DNA of 64,000 bases from Eledone cirrhosa (lineage: Eukaryota): the NCBI GenBank assembly GCA_964016885.1, contig OZ024746.1:89714001-89778000 (forward strand). The letters run 5' to 3'. Below the pieces are notes generated by a model. It was given only the letters and a program-made list of their open reading frames with translations. It was not told the origin of the DNA and searched no databases. Positions within the stretch are counted from its first letter, which is position 1; every line of letters starts with the position of its first letter. Below are positions 12,453 through 27,575 of the stretch, in pieces. Position numbers and translations under genes: made by a program.

Positions 12453-13453
12453 TCCTATTAATACAATGGTTTTCATAAGTAAGCGCTCATTTTAGTTCTA
12501 TAATATATATACTATGAAGCGGGAGTTCAAATTGAAAAATGAAATCATAGGTTTTGTTAAAATAAGCTAGAGAAGTTACGTTGGAATTCGGTGGGAAGGC
12601 AATATAATTCACCCATAAATAACCATGTACGTTTTAACATTACATGGATTGCAAAGAGGATAGGGATGAGGTGGAAGTAGCACACCAGCAAATTCAAATA
12701 GTGGCACAAACACACACAAACACACACACACACCCACACACATACATACACGCCCATATCCCCCACCCCACCCACAAATACCCCCCGTACATATATATGT
12801 ATATATATAAATATATTCTGAAGACCTAGTCGAGTGCTTCCATTGCACATTCTTTACTTTTTTCAATTTGTTAAAATGACCATCGTGTTCGTAAAAAATA
12901 GGGGATACTAGCTTAGTGCCCTTTCCCTGTCCCATGAGAGTGATAGTAGCGCTGACTACTGTAACGGCCATTCCACACCAAATATAGTGGATTAGTGTTT
13001 GGCCTGTTCCGAGACTAACTTCCCGCTGATGAAGTTACACTTAGCCGATTAGGTAACGTTTAATGGCATTATTTAATTTCTGCGCACGCCACTCCAGCAT
13101 GGACTGCCGCCAACAGAGAGTATAACAGAAACTAGTGCCTAGTCCCAGGACAGAGAATTAAACTCTCTTCCCACAAAAAATCGTCTCTCTCACTATTAAC
13201 GTATAAGTATGGATTTCCTTTTTAGTCGGTTTCCTAATGATGCAGGCTTAATTAAAGCATTGATTAGGTGACAGATGGTCGGAGATACACCGGTTCTTCG
13301 CGTGACTTCGTTTCAATATCGTTATATATATACTCTGGAAGAAATTGTCTTAACTTTTCACACAATCGAATGCTTTGTGACTGGTTCAAACAATTCAATT
13401 GGTATCTTATATATTGCGGCTTCATCTTCGATTTATACACATTACTATTGTTA

Positions 13454-13510
<57 letters not shown>

Positions 13511-13683
13511 AATTGTGTATAAAAACTAATTGAAAAGGAGAGATGAGTGACTAGCTATGAGAATTTTATGCTATTAGTGTGCTTAATGCGTATTAGATAG
13601 AAGACAAGCGAACACAGTGAGTAAGCCTGAGAAATAAAAATAAAGTCAAACAAAAAAATGTATAAGCAGAGATTTAATACATT

Positions 13684-13721
<38 letters not shown>

Positions 13722-15854
13722 CATGAAAACTACTTATAAGCAAGTGTATGTCTATCCATGAGCACATCCATTCATACAACATATATATGTATAGTACATA
13801 CTTACATGCATGCAATAAGTACATAGATAAGTACATACATATTTTCATACACACATACACATATAAATATATATACTTGATAACGTAAATAGGTGTGCGT
13901 GTGTATTGAATATAAAATATTTTCCCATGGATATCTTTCTAATAGAATGCGTTATTTACCTGTGTTCATATGTGCATGTCTCACTGTGTGTATTTATATG
14001 TGCTTAGATATTGACTGCAGTTAAAATGATCTTTCTTTCATCTTTCCACCAAAGCAAAATTACACATACATGTATATAACTATTTTAATGTATCTCTATG
14101 GAGAATTACACTGGAGTAGAGTATGAGAGTAACTTGTATGTAATATTTCTCAAAGGTGTAGTGAAACATACTAAAACAATATCCTCTTTTTCTGCTTACA
14201 GACATAAAATATTTGTTCAAACTTCATTCTAAGTGTTTATGTGTTACAGAATGGCTAAACATAGGAATATTAAAAAATCTCAGATTTTTCTCTCTTTTCC
14301 TCCCCTAATCCTTGTGTGAGTATGTGCGTGCGAGAACATATATATATTCATTTTTCTTGTCCAAGATTGTATTTTCTTCCTGAATACCTTTTGATGTACT
14401 GGTTGTGAAGAGTCCTGTCTTACAAACCATCCGATATTATATTGATTTTCAGAAGGCGGCTGATCAGTGTAAATTGTCCAGGTGCTGGTCTCATCCGTGT
14501 TTTCTGTTTCCTATATTTATACCACACGGTTTTATTGATATCGTCACCATGATCACACATAACAATTTTCAAATCTAACTGTTGCTTAGTACTGCTGTCT
14601 CTGTCTGTCTCTCCCTCTATCTGTATCTCTCCGCTCTCCGCTCTCTCTCCGTGTATCTGTTATCTCTATTTCTCCATCCCCTGTATCCCACATCTACCTT
14701 TTTCTCCTTCTCTCTCAGTTCTTAATATTTTACTCCCTCCCTTTTAGTTCTTAATACTGCTCTTTGCATGACTTCCCTTCATACAGCCCTACATCCCACT
14801 TCCAGTTAAACCTTTGTTTCATTCTTTTGCGATCTGATTACTGACTAGGTCAGTCAATTTTTCCCACACCTCTTATATGTTAATACCGCGTCTAGGGCTA
14901 TTATTCAAACCAAATTGAATTAGTTTATTTCATGCTTCCCTACGGATACTACCCGTACATATGTGTGTTGCATTCGAATTTAATAATTTTCCTACCTCAT
15001 ATAGGTATGTAGATATTTCCATTTTGTTTTGTTAAAGAAAAGGAAAATAATGGCAGAGGGGACGTCAAGCTGTGGGTTCTGTCCTAAATAGAAAGCTAAT
15101 CATACCTATGATAAAGTTAAATGAAAAAAAAATTTGTTTCTGATCGAGACGAAGGAAGAGTATATTTGGATACATATAAACATGAGAAAGCTCATCACTA
15201 GAAACAGCCTTTAAATAGAGATGGTCAAGAGTGCCCCAGGGAACAGAGACCAGCGGCCAGTGGTCAACAGAATGACAATCCACAAGGTTGGTGACAGGCA
15301 AATGAAATATAGAAATTATTCATAGAGGAGGAGGACAAAGATAAGGGTGTTGGCACACAGAAGTGACTGGAAGGGCAAATAAAGAAAGGTGATGTACAAG
15401 ACAAGTTTACACACATACAACTACACCCTCATCAACTCTCAACACAGCCAAATGATGTGGATACAATTAACGTCTTGATGTGGATACAATTAACAGACCC
15501 GGGCTGTACAGTTTCAATGGTTTGTGTGCAAAACAGTTGTATCAGCGAATATTACTCACAGAAGGCACGCAATATTGCCAAATGTTACTAATATTACATA
15601 AGCAGCCCTAACAATGACATCAGCTGGAGTTCAGACCTAATGCAATCGGAAGACTTTTTTTTATCCAAGAGACTGCCAGAGTTGAACTGATACATCATAG
15701 TCATAGTGATACCAGTTACATACTGTGGCATGATCACGTGACCGTCTAAGCAGGAGAGCAGTTGAAAACAGCCATTACTTGTAAAACACTTATGGTGTAA
15801 ATTCCAAATAACTGAATAAGCGGGAGAGCAGACATGCATATACATTTACTTTTC

Positions 15855-16090
15855 TGATCGACTTCTGGAGATTTACCATCGTTGAGCATGTGCAACGCCT
15901 CTTCGACTTTGTCCTGGAGAATTGGAGTATTGGTGGAATTGTCCAGGATGTTGATGTCATGTCTGAGTTTCTGGATATAAAGTTTTTCGCTATACTCAGA
16001 ACCTTCTTTGAATACATCGGCCTCATCTGTGAGGAGCACCCCACATTTGTCCTCAATGGGAATGACAGAGTATTACTTTTGTTTTATTAG
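15855..16090 (-). mobile_element. RTE-clade LINE fragment
   Basis: EYSEKLY...TPILQDKVEEALHMLNDGKSPEVD matches the pre-RT PILxxEVExA...GKSPGxD motif. Confidence 0.75.
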
Positions 16091-16339
16091 AATGAGGGTT
16101 TCATAGGCATATTTGTGTTTGTTATATCAATATTGAATTCTACCCCCAAAACTGAAGAGTTTATATATATAAGAGTTTATATATATAAGGTTGCAACGTT
16201 TTTTGAAATATCCAGTTCTGCGTTTACAGATTGACTTTGTTAGTTTCAGAAGATCCCGTTAAGGGTGAAAGCAGCGATTCTTTGCTTAAACTTTAATCTG
16301 TTATTTTAATAAATATATATATATATATATATATATATT

Positions 16340-17159
<820 letters not shown>

Positions 17160-18299
17160 ATGTATATTTGTCTGTATATATTTGTATAGATATATGTATC
17201 GAGTATTGATTCGCCTTCCGATGATCAGTGCTTTAGACATATTCTGTGATATTTTATACGTCCCTTATGTTGTGTGAGGAAATAGGTTGGAACAAACTTA
17301 ATCTTGTTTGAGAGATTGGATTTCTATAACGTTGGTATAAATGTCTCTCTATTAAGAGGAATATAATTTCTGTTAAGTAGAATTATATTTATTTTAGATC
17401 GGTGTTTTATCCTTAAACTATCCCGGTGAGGGGATTTGATTACTGCCAATATGAAAGAGATCTGGAATCCTTCAACTATATAATCTAGTGTTGTTTCCCA
17501 TGCCGAAACATCTTCCATTGTTATAAATAATTTGAATATAAATTCCTTAAAACTACAGAGAGCAACCTAAACATAGTGCGTAACAGCGGATCTCAAACTA
17601 AAAACTAATTGTATGAAAATACACTACAAATTTATCAATTAAAATTCTTCTTTTATATCTAGTTTCGAACATATAGGTTTCGTGTAGTTCGTAATTAGAA
17701 ATTATGGGTTGCGAAATGTGTTTTATACGCAGTGATGTTGTTGTTTACCGCTATAGACTAGTTGGTATAGCTGCATCAGATATATTTCAGATTATCTGTT
17801 TTCGTAGTCTCTGTAAACATCGTGATGATTTGCGTTTGCACAGTTATTTAGAATCTATGGGTGCTAGCTTCTAGTAGAGGAATTGGCTAAAGATTCTTCA
17901 AATTTAGATCAAGTGTAGAAATAATAAACTGCCATTTTGAAAGCAGGAGAATGAATATAACTCGAAATATGGTACAGTCTTTGGTTATTGTATTACCATA
18001 ATTATGAGGTGCTGGCGATGTTTGCGTGACATGCTACAGGAGAGATGAGTTATTTATTTGTGTTACATATGGAGACATATCTAATAAATCAGTTTTATGA
18101 TGTCCTGGGTATGACATTAAACTGCATACAGTGGCAAGGCTCCAATTCGAGGGTTCAGGAGCAGTGAGGAATTTGGATTTATCCCTTAGCTTTTTTTACG
18201 CCCAGGCCTGTTTTCGCCCGGAGCAGTAATACCCGGTAGGGCCCGGTTTAAGGGTTAAACTATTACTTATTCGCGTAGACCCGCTAAAGTACTCTCCGC

Positions 18300-19040
18300 C
18301 ATTGAAAGTAACCAGAGTGAGTATAATTAACAGCCCAGCGTTAGGGCCCCTAACCACATTGTCAAGGAGCACTAAGGTCATTATGACTCTGCTGGCTTCA
18401 AGCCAGGGATAATTCTCTCAGACACAACAGTAAAATACAATGAACTGAGTTTTGTCCTGAAGAAGAGCCATTTAAATTGCCGCACTAAATGTAAGGACTG
18501 CTAGGACGTTGGAGAAGAGAGACGTGATGGGTCATCTGTTCGAGAAGAGAGATTGTAGATCAGAGTGAAGAACAGGTTCAGTAATCTATGTGGAAAAGAG
18601 AGAATTTGGGGATTGAAGAGTGAGTGACGAGAAGGTAAGGGTACTTCAGCACTGCAGTAGCAGAAGAAAGTGAGGCCTTAGTGCTGAGGAGAGATAGAGG
18701 AAAAGGAAGAAAGACTACTCTGCAGACCCAAAAGAGTGTGCAGCCAAAGCACACCTGAGAGCTGCCGAGGACCAATTCCAAGCTGATCTTACGGAGAAGG
18801 GGAAGAAGAATATGGAGGTGAGGAAGGAAATACTGAGGTGTACAGTTGTAAGTGTAAAGTGAGCTGAACGACCATCAACGAATCTACATGGAGAAAGAGA
18901 GGGTGGTCGAGACAGATCCGAGACAAACTCGGAAGCAGCGAAGGAAGCAGAGGATTTGATGTGAGAGTTAGAGAATGTTGATGAGTGTGGGGCTGAACAT
19001 GATTGAGAGTAAGGCGAAGTATCTGATAGAGAACATCAAG
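18300..19040 (-). mobile_element. Decayed LINE 3' region (uncertain)
   Basis: Purine-skewed, higher-GC block with weak resemblance to LINE post-RT sequence; no clean motif. Confidence 0.35.
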
Positions 19041-19059
19041 GTGTCACAGAAGATTACGA

Positions 19060-19430
19060 ATGTGGGCGTAAATCATTTAGAGCTGGTTGAGGACTTCCTG
19101 TGTCTGGGAGCGAAGAATCGGATCACATAGTATGATGTTGTCGAAAGGAAAATCCATGTTTGGACGGCGTGTCATCGTTTAATGTCGGTGGTGAAGTCTG
19201 ATCTTCGTAAAGTTTTGAAGATCTCTCTTTTCGTTGCTACAGTAGAGTATGTGCTGCTGTACGGTTCAGAGACTTGGATACAGACCAATAGCCTCACTCA
19301 GATGGTGTGTGTGTGTTACAGAAGGATGCTGAGGTTACCTCTGAACGTTAATCAGTATTCACTGACAATGAAGAAATCGGAGGTCTACGGGAGCCTCGCA
19401 AACGTCAGTTCGAAAGGCACAACTGAAAGC
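19060..19430 (+). mobile_element. RTE-like LINE post-RT fragment
   Basis: LELVEDFLCLG...WTACHRL...KISLFVATVEYVLLYGSETW...CYRRMLRLPLNV...EVYGSLANVSSK. Confidence 0.8.
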
Positions 19431-22215
19431 AGATATAATCCACACACAATACAACCTATAACATAAGCACCTACTAAATAACTGCAATTTCCGCAAAAGA
19501 ATATTCTACAGAATTAACACACCCAAACTATTCACACACACGTTTATAGTTTATATAACAGATACATAACACTGTTACACCAATGTTTAACACAACCAAC
19601 GTTCTAGATAGCCGCAACCCCTTAATGCTACATCAGCCGCATGGCCGACACCGAGGTAGATAACGCCGATTACAACACATATACGAAATATATTAACTTT
19701 TTAATAAGATAATACAACTCACATTCCTCTACACAACAGAACATACATTAAAATAACGCAAAAACAATCTAAATACATAAAGAAAAACAAATGGATGTAA
19801 TATAATAATGAATCTAGGTCGCCACACGCACGAAAATACGCAAAAGAACAGAATGTTTCACCTGATAACAGCTGTTGAAATTGCAACAGCAACAACAGCA
19901 ACAAAACATTAACAAATAAAAAGCATGTCTTATAATTGACGATAATATATCTACCAATGGAGTGGAGAGACTATCCAAATATAAAAATCTACTGATAGAA
20001 ATAAAACCGAATGTGATTGATGAAAACAGAAGCAAGACATACAATGCTAGGAGCTCTGGCTATGATAAAACTCTCACAGCACAGATACATAACACAACCT
20101 CAGTACTTACAAATATACACAGCATACACAAAATAGCACTACTAAGCACTGCACACATATAACGATGTGTAGCCTCATTACAATAGAAACACTACTAACA
20201 TATTCCACACTGCACATAGCCAAGACTCAAAGAGTTTCACTCGGTAATGTAATTACGATAATAAAAATATGACTATTAATATTAATGTAATTAAACATTT
20301 GCACATTTGGCAAAATAGCAGAGAATTTATGAGAGAAGAAAGTCGAATTAATCGACATCAATAATTAACTACTACTTTCCATTGTCGACACAAGCAGAAT
20401 GAAAAGCAAATTAGACTGTTCATGAACGCAGGATTTACTCAGGTCTCTCCATAATAACCACCATCGCCATGATCCCTATTAACAATACAAACAATAGAAG
20501 CAGTAACATAAATAGGAGCAGCAACATGAGCCATGACTGAATACATGCAACAATAAAAATAAAGTTTCTAAGGCAAGATTTCAAGGCGGGAGATGGACTT
20601 GGAAGAATATAGCCAAAGAATCATCGAGTAATAACCGACCGTCTGCGTTACATGATTACAAGTGACCGCCTGATAACTGATCCAATTTTAGTTGAGCTCT
20701 GATTGAATTTTCCGGCACACACACTCAATTCACTGGACACTAAATCATTCCGCAAAAAAGTACAATTTTTACGATGATTTACAAAATGGATCTAGGCAAA
20801 CTGTGCAAATGCTGTTATACTAAAAAAACAGAATGGTATGTTAAATGCACAATGCATGGTAAATAAGGTGGAAGACTGAATTTAAAGTCATTTCTGCATA
20901 GTTTTCTGTCTTTTAGTCTGAGGGGAAGAAGTCGTTTCAATAAATTTTTGTTTAGCTGTCTCGCATTAAATCTGTGATTTTCTTGTTTCATCTATACATG
21001 GAGAATATGGAAATATAGATAATTTTAAGGAAGCTGTTATTACCTGCCTTGTTTGCAAACAAATTGCGAAAAATAAAACATTTATGGGATTGTGGTGGAT
21101 TGTATTATTTTCTGTCATCTGACAAAGTATGCTACGTATCTTTGCTTAGTAATGTGTCTTCCCCAAATATCTGAGCTGAAATAGAATATTAGTCGAAAGT
21201 ATGTTCTTAATGGTCCGGATGTTTAACATTTAATAATTCCTATAGCTGAAGAGATTGTAGCATAGTGTTGGAAAATATTGGGTAGCAGGGTATCATGTGT
21301 ATGAATTGATATACTATAGTGAACGTGAGCCCCACATAAACTACTATGCACATGTACCCTGAAAGCTGTTTTCTAAGATTATCAATGTTATTTGGGATAT
21401 AGTATAGTTTAATCCGCAGCATTATTAATAAGTTTCTGTATGAAGTGAAATAATATATTGAATTAAATGTAGTCAGTTAAATACGGTATATAAGACATAA
21501 TATATATATATATATATATGACCGGACTATAAGAGTGCCTTTACAAATTTTGTTTTGACATTAAATAATCATTATATACAGGGCCATGTGCTGAATATAA
21601 TGGAAGCGTTTGTTCCGTTGAACTGTTGCATCAATTATTTTCCTCCAACAAAACACTCGAGTTTATTCCTGAGAATCTTAATGCATTTAACGTCACTAAA
21701 TAGAATCGTGCGGATTTCACTTAACGTGGTGTCGAGATGATTTATGATTGGGGAATTAAGTTCCATGTATTTAGAGAAAAATATACGGAAGATTTTACAT
21801 TGACAATAAAGGCATTTATTTGCAAATCAGATTTGTTGGAAAATGGAAGAATTTCGTCTTTAATAGACGCTAGTTAGATCGCCACAGCCTGAACTATTCG
21901 GTAATTATGAATTATTTCGCAGTGTGTGCAGTTGTGAATTGCTTCTAAAAATAATGCCCCATGCTACTAGAGAGCCATTTTCAACATTCATACTATAGGT
22001 AATAATTCCACTAGAGTTCATCAAAATCGTCCATCTTCTTGGTCACTGTAAATATGATCTATATGACAGAATCCTGTGAAATAAAGCAGCTTATCTAAAT
22101 TTCAAAATTGCATATTGTTGAAAGCTAATACATTACGTTTCCTCGTTTTGTATTTGTATATCTAAACACAGTATTTTCTACACTGGCACTGAATACTCAT
22201 TCCCGTGTTCACCTG

Positions 22216-22266
<51 letters not shown>

Positions 22267-22267
22267 C

Positions 22268-22324
<57 letters not shown>

Positions 22325-22746
22325 AGAAAACAACGGCAATATAGAAGCGTTTTGCGTTCGATTTGCTATTTCAAGGTAGACAATATACAATTACATTATA
22401 GATATTAAACTAGTATGTCTAAATGCCACAACAATTATTTGACAATAGAGGTTATGAGTAAATACTGTCCAATAGTTTTCGTCTCTCCCAGTGGAAAATA
22501 TTTACTTATATACTAGGGGCCACGGACGTAATCTTAAGCAATTTATTGAATAATAAAAAAAAAAACAATGTCTGACTTCAAAACCTCTATCTTATACATA
22601 CTATACACAGATGACTACAGAAGACAACGGAAACGCACACATAAATACATTCACTCACAAATACACAAAAACACATACACAGACAGATAGACAGGCAGAC
22701 AAACATACACACACGCACACACACACACACACACAGACACACAGAG

Positions 22747-22783
<37 letters not shown>

Positions 22784-22796
22784 GACAGACAGACAG

Positions 22797-22840
<44 letters not shown>

Positions 22841-22850
22841 CGCACGCGAG

Positions 22851-22881
<31 letters not shown>

Positions 22882-24096
22882 CAGGCAGACAGATGGGTAG
22901 AGGGAAAGGGAGAATTAAATTGAGAGAAATATAGATAAATAAAAATAGAGAGACAAACACGTTGAGAAATATAGACTTAAACAGATATAGAGACATAGGC
23001 AGGAATAGTGTGAGTGCTAGAAACATATTATGGAGACATACGCTTGCATGTATGCATGAACATTTAGTTAGTGATATTGATTTTCAGCTACCTTTGCTTC
23101 TAGCAAATTACCCTAGGGATGAATCAAGATATATTCAACAAATACAATATGAGGCGTTTACTTGACAAAAGAAATTCATAATTATTATTTACTAAGCGCA
23201 CACATATTTATAAACTCTCTATCTTGTTATCGTCGATATGTAAAACCAGCTTTACTGCTACAAAAGCCTCCGGTATATTAGCGACTAATGCGATCAATAA
23301 CGTAACAGCCTTACATCTTCACATGGATAGATTAATGTACCGTTACATTTCCTTCTTTTAAATTTCCTATGATGGAATCCGGGTCAACAAATTTACATTA
23401 AATTTGATGTATATACAGATTTTTTTAACGATAAAAGAAATGGAATGTGTTTATGGAGATATAACAGAAAGTGAATTGATGAAAAGTCCATCTTATCGAG
23501 CGAATACATATGTTTGAGGAATTATAAAAAATACACAAAAAGTATTTTTCCAGTAAAATACAACCAAAATATTTACATATTCGTTTCATCTCTGGTTTGT
23601 TTCTCAAATTTTTTCTTAGAAAAATGTTCAATGTATTTTTGTTTAGCATCTAAATCAGCTTGTATACTGACTTAATTTTTCTTTGATGAGAAAAATGTCT
23701 GCTGTAAAATTCCAACAGATGTCAATGATTAATATAATCATCAATTTCCATACCGTAAAGCAAGTGAAAAACAAATTTTCAGCAATTCGTGTCAATATTT
23801 AAAGAAACTATGAATTATATTGCAGACTGATGTTTATTGAGCACTGTTGACACCACATTACATCGCAGTTAATCTTGTGAAAAATTGATTATCGACTGTG
23901 ATTTTAGATTCTGAAGTTTAAGCATCTTATGTATTAGTAATTAGCCGACAGTCAATATTAGTCATTTATATAAACACCATATTATTTTCTAATTATTTCT
24001 TTCTAAAATATAATTATTTACGATAACAATGTTCAATTATTTAGTATAAATAATTCCCATTCCAAAATCGTATATTCAACCGAAAGCTTGAGGAAT

Positions 24097-24185
24097 TATT
24101 CTCTTTCAATATTCATTTTCTTTCAATATTCTCTTTCAATATTCTCTTTCAATATTCTCTTTCAATATTCATTTTCATTTTGATA
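24097..24185 (+). repeat. 13-bp tandem repeat (ATTCTCTTTCAAT)n
   Basis: About five direct copies with small insertions. Confidence 0.85.
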
Positions 24186-24270
24186 TTATTCAATTTCTCA
24201 AGCAAATATGCAATGTTTGTATAATCAGATGACTGAAACAAAATTAGAGCCACATTTGTCAGCGCGCATA

Positions 24271-24456
24271 TAATGCTTTCTGATTTAGGTCAAAGGCTAA
24301 ATCAACCACAGTGTATTACTGGTACATTATTTTATCAACCACAGTAAGCATGAAAAGCAAAGCTAACCTAGGTGGGATTTGAACTCAGAACATAAAGGGC
24401 CATAACTCTGTGCCACTAAACATGGTGCCCTACAGTCTATATAATAGCTATGCCAC
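24271..24456 (-). mobile_element. SINE family A (old, degraded)
   Basis: ATTACTGGTAC...GGGATTTGAACTCAGAAC recognisable. Confidence 0.7.
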
Positions 24457-24479
24457 ATTAATATATTGTGTTACATATA

Positions 24480-24693
24480 ATGGTTTCTTATATAGGCACA
24501 AGGCCAACAATTTAGGGGGAGGGAAAAGTCGATTAAATCGACCCTAGTAAGTGACTGGTACTTTATTTTATCAACCTCGTAAGAATGAAAGCCAAAGTTA
24601 ACATCGGCGGGATTTGTACTCAGATAAAAAAGGGCCGTAACTTTATGCTGCAAAGCATGGTGTCCGATCCTCTACGGATACTGCCAATCCGCT
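24480..24693 (-). mobile_element. SINE family A (long form)
   Basis: Carries extra GGGGGAGGGAAAAGTCGATTAAATCGACCC segment; 19-bp TSD TATTGTGTTACATATAATG. Confidence 0.9.
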
Positions 24694-24715
24694 GTCCTAT
24701 TGTGTTACATATAAT

Positions 24716-26425
24716 GAAATGTGAAACATATTTTTTGTTCCCCGTTTCTAAGTGTCATTTCATGGTTTGTTATATCCCATTATTATTAAAAAAAACACTA
24801 TTATTTAATCAAAAGTTTGGGTTTGTGGTCAGGAGTTTGATATTTCGAAATTTTCATATTTTTCAAGAAAAAACACATTTTAAAAAAAATTATCAGTTCA
24901 TATAATTAAATCAACAGAGTATTTATTTATTTTAATACACAATCTTATCAAAAGCAAACAAGTGAAAACAAATAACACTTATAAAGCAAATTATACACGT
25001 CAGAAATGTCTGGATTTCCTGGATTTGCGATTGTACTCCAGGTCGCATTCCCGCACTAGCCCCCAGATATAATCCCCCATCATGTTTTCATTGTAGCGGC
25101 CCTGGTATCTCCGCTCTATTTCTTTCACATCTGAGTAGGCACCCATATTGTCCTTGAATTTTTCCAGGTGAGCGTAGAGCATATGGAGTTTAAGCGACAT
25201 CCTGCATCCCATGGCGCCAAAAGCCTTTATCAGATTCTGCACCAGTTGCTGGGAGATTTCAGCTCTGTAGTTGCCCAGTTAGCCCTTAACAACTCCCTTG
25301 AAACAGTTCCATGCTGTTCTCCCTATCCTATTGAGCTTATTGGAGAACTCGGTAGACTCAAACACCCTCTTTATCTGCGGTCCAACAAAAATTCCACCTT
25401 GGATTTTGGCCTCAGATAACTTGGGGAAGAATTCAAGAAGCTACTTAAAAGCGACAAGATTCTTGGTTGAGAGCCTTCACAAACTGTCTCATCAACCACA
25501 ACTTAATGTGCAGTGGCGGCATGAGCATAATCCTGGGATCAACCAGTGGCTCCCACATGACGTTCTGGGTCCCAACTACAAATTCTGCTCGCTGCTCACA
25601 GTTCTTTCTTTTGTAGTGGTCAGAGGTGGCTCTGCTGTCCCAAAGGCAGAGGAATCATTGGAATTTGATAAAGCCTCCTTGGAGTGTCCTAGCAGGAAAT
25701 CCACCATCTTGACGTCTCCAATGATTTCCCAATTGTACAGGTTGTATTGCAGAGCTTCCAAGAGGACTTTCACACTGTAGTAATCTTCCTTCAGCCAGAT
25801 TGAATGTGCTAGGGGCAGTGTTGGAAACTTGTTTCCACTGTGGAGGAGGACAGCCTTCAAACTTGTGGTGGAGCTGTCTATAAATAGCCGCCACTCCTTG
25901 AGCACAAACGGCACGCCAATAACGTCAAAGAGTCCAGGCACGTCTTGGCAGAAGCAGAGGTCATCCCTAAGGGTAAAAGCCTGAGAAAGGTTCGTGTCGA
26001 CTTCTCTAACTTGTCACCTTCCCTTCCTCCTTGACCAAGTTCCACTGCTTCATCCTGGAGACGAATGCTTAACACATTACTTACCCTTTATTCAGGGTGC
26101 GAACATCCAGTATCAATATATCTCTTTATCCACTTTTTTGCACTTTTATACTTTATTGCACTTTTATAATTTTATTTAGGTATTACTCTTTATTTTATCA
26201 TTTTAATTTAACCTGATACATATATTAAAAAAATCATTTAACATAAGCAAATTAAACTTACATACAACGTAAAATCCAGCATACAAATAATTCTAGTGAA
26301 TAGCTTAGAATTTTTACAAACCGAAACTTTTAACTGTTTAAAAGCACTTTTTTATATATTTGGGACCTAAGCAAAACAAAAAAGTGATTACAAGCCAAGA
26401 ACAGAACATTTTTTGTTACACGGTG
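24716..26425 (-). mobile_element. Chapaev3-like (CMC/Transib-related) DNA transposon; transposase pseudogene at about 25000-26060
   Basis: WRLFIDSSTTSLKAVLLHSGNKFPTLPLAHS...WEIIGDVKMVDFLLG and MSLKLHMLYAHLEKF...ERRYQGR...MMGDYIW, with frameshifts and deletions; terminus TTTTTTGTTACACGGTG followed by TAA; other end degraded. Confidence 0.75.
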
Positions 26426-26762
26426 TAATTAGGTACATAAAGAAAACGATAGACACATAAGACTATCATATCTTACATAAGATCTTATATAAGTTTTGTA
26501 TTTGAATATATATATGGGGAGAGTCATAATTTTATAATATTGCCAGCAATAACAACAGTTTTTGGTTTGGGTTGGTTTTCGCTTCTGTATATTTTATATC
26601 TCCATAGTTAATTTATTTGGCAATCAATGTTTATCAGTGATTGAACAACGATTAAATATACGTATATAAATCTAAGCAGAAGGGATATTTAATTTGTTAG
26701 TAATTCAACAAATATAAATGTTTATAAATGATTCAGAGCACTCGACAGATTTTATATACAAT

Positions 26763-26885
26763 GATATTAAATAAATGGAAACTATATTTATGAAAACCAT
26801 ATTTATTCTATTATATATATTTCAAGGGTACGCTATCATCAAATAAAAAACGAAGTGTGTTTTATAAAATTTATAAAATTTAACA
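26763..26885 (-). mobile_element. Tail-less degraded copy of cassette family H2
   Basis: AAATGGAAACTATATTTAT..AAAACCATATTTATT..ATTATA.ATATTTCAAGG matches 48820-48880; hammerhead core decayed (TTGATGA...GAAA). Confidence 0.65.
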
Positions 26886-27037
26886 TAACCAAGGAGTAAA
26901 TACCCATACACACACACGCACACGCAAATACCCATACACACACGCACCCACACACACCCACGCACCCACACCCGCACCCACACGCACACACACACACGCA
27001 CACACACGCACAAACACACACACACACACGCACACAT

Positions 27038-27073
<36 letters not shown>

Positions 27074-27074
27074 C

Positions 27075-27310
27075 TGAGGAGTGTAACGCGGAGTTACTCT
27101 TGGTTGGTTCACCCGGGTGAGCACTCGATGTTTAGTTTCACTTCTCTACCGAAGTGCAGATCTAGACCGAGTGTAGTATAAAAAATAAAACAAGGAAGAC
27201 TGGATACTCCTTCATTCCGTTTATTGGTTGGTGGCGCGCGTTTTGCCACCGATCAGCTCAAGGTTCAATCTGTATCGATCTAGCAGAACTCTGTAATCCA
27301 CGGCTCGTGT
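27075..27310 (-). mobile_element. Family H5 copy
   Basis: Homologous to 11385-11615; starts at a (TA)n tract; AGCACTCGA at 27120-27128. Confidence 0.7.
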
Positions 27311-27394
27311 GAATGTGTGGGTGTAAGTGTGTGTGTCTGTGTGTATGTGCCTGTTATAAACCTAACCTTTATATAGATACATATATATATATAT

Positions 27395-27575
27395 ATAATA
27401 TAAGATCAAAAGATGGTTAAAAAAGTTCCATGTATTTTATTTTATAAAATACATGGAAGTCTTTTAACCATCTTTTGATCTTATATTATTTATACTCCAG
27501 TCCTATAAACTGTTGAGTGCTACTTATCCGATATTTGCATTGCTTTATTGTGCTACAATAAAACTCACCTCCTAC

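Noticed and set aside
13020-13075. CTGATGA followed by a GTTAC...GTAAC stem
   Set aside because: No GAAA after the stem, so not a supportable hammerhead.
14390-14560. Possible GIY-YIG fragment on the minus strand
   Set aside because: Similarity too weak and frame-broken to call.
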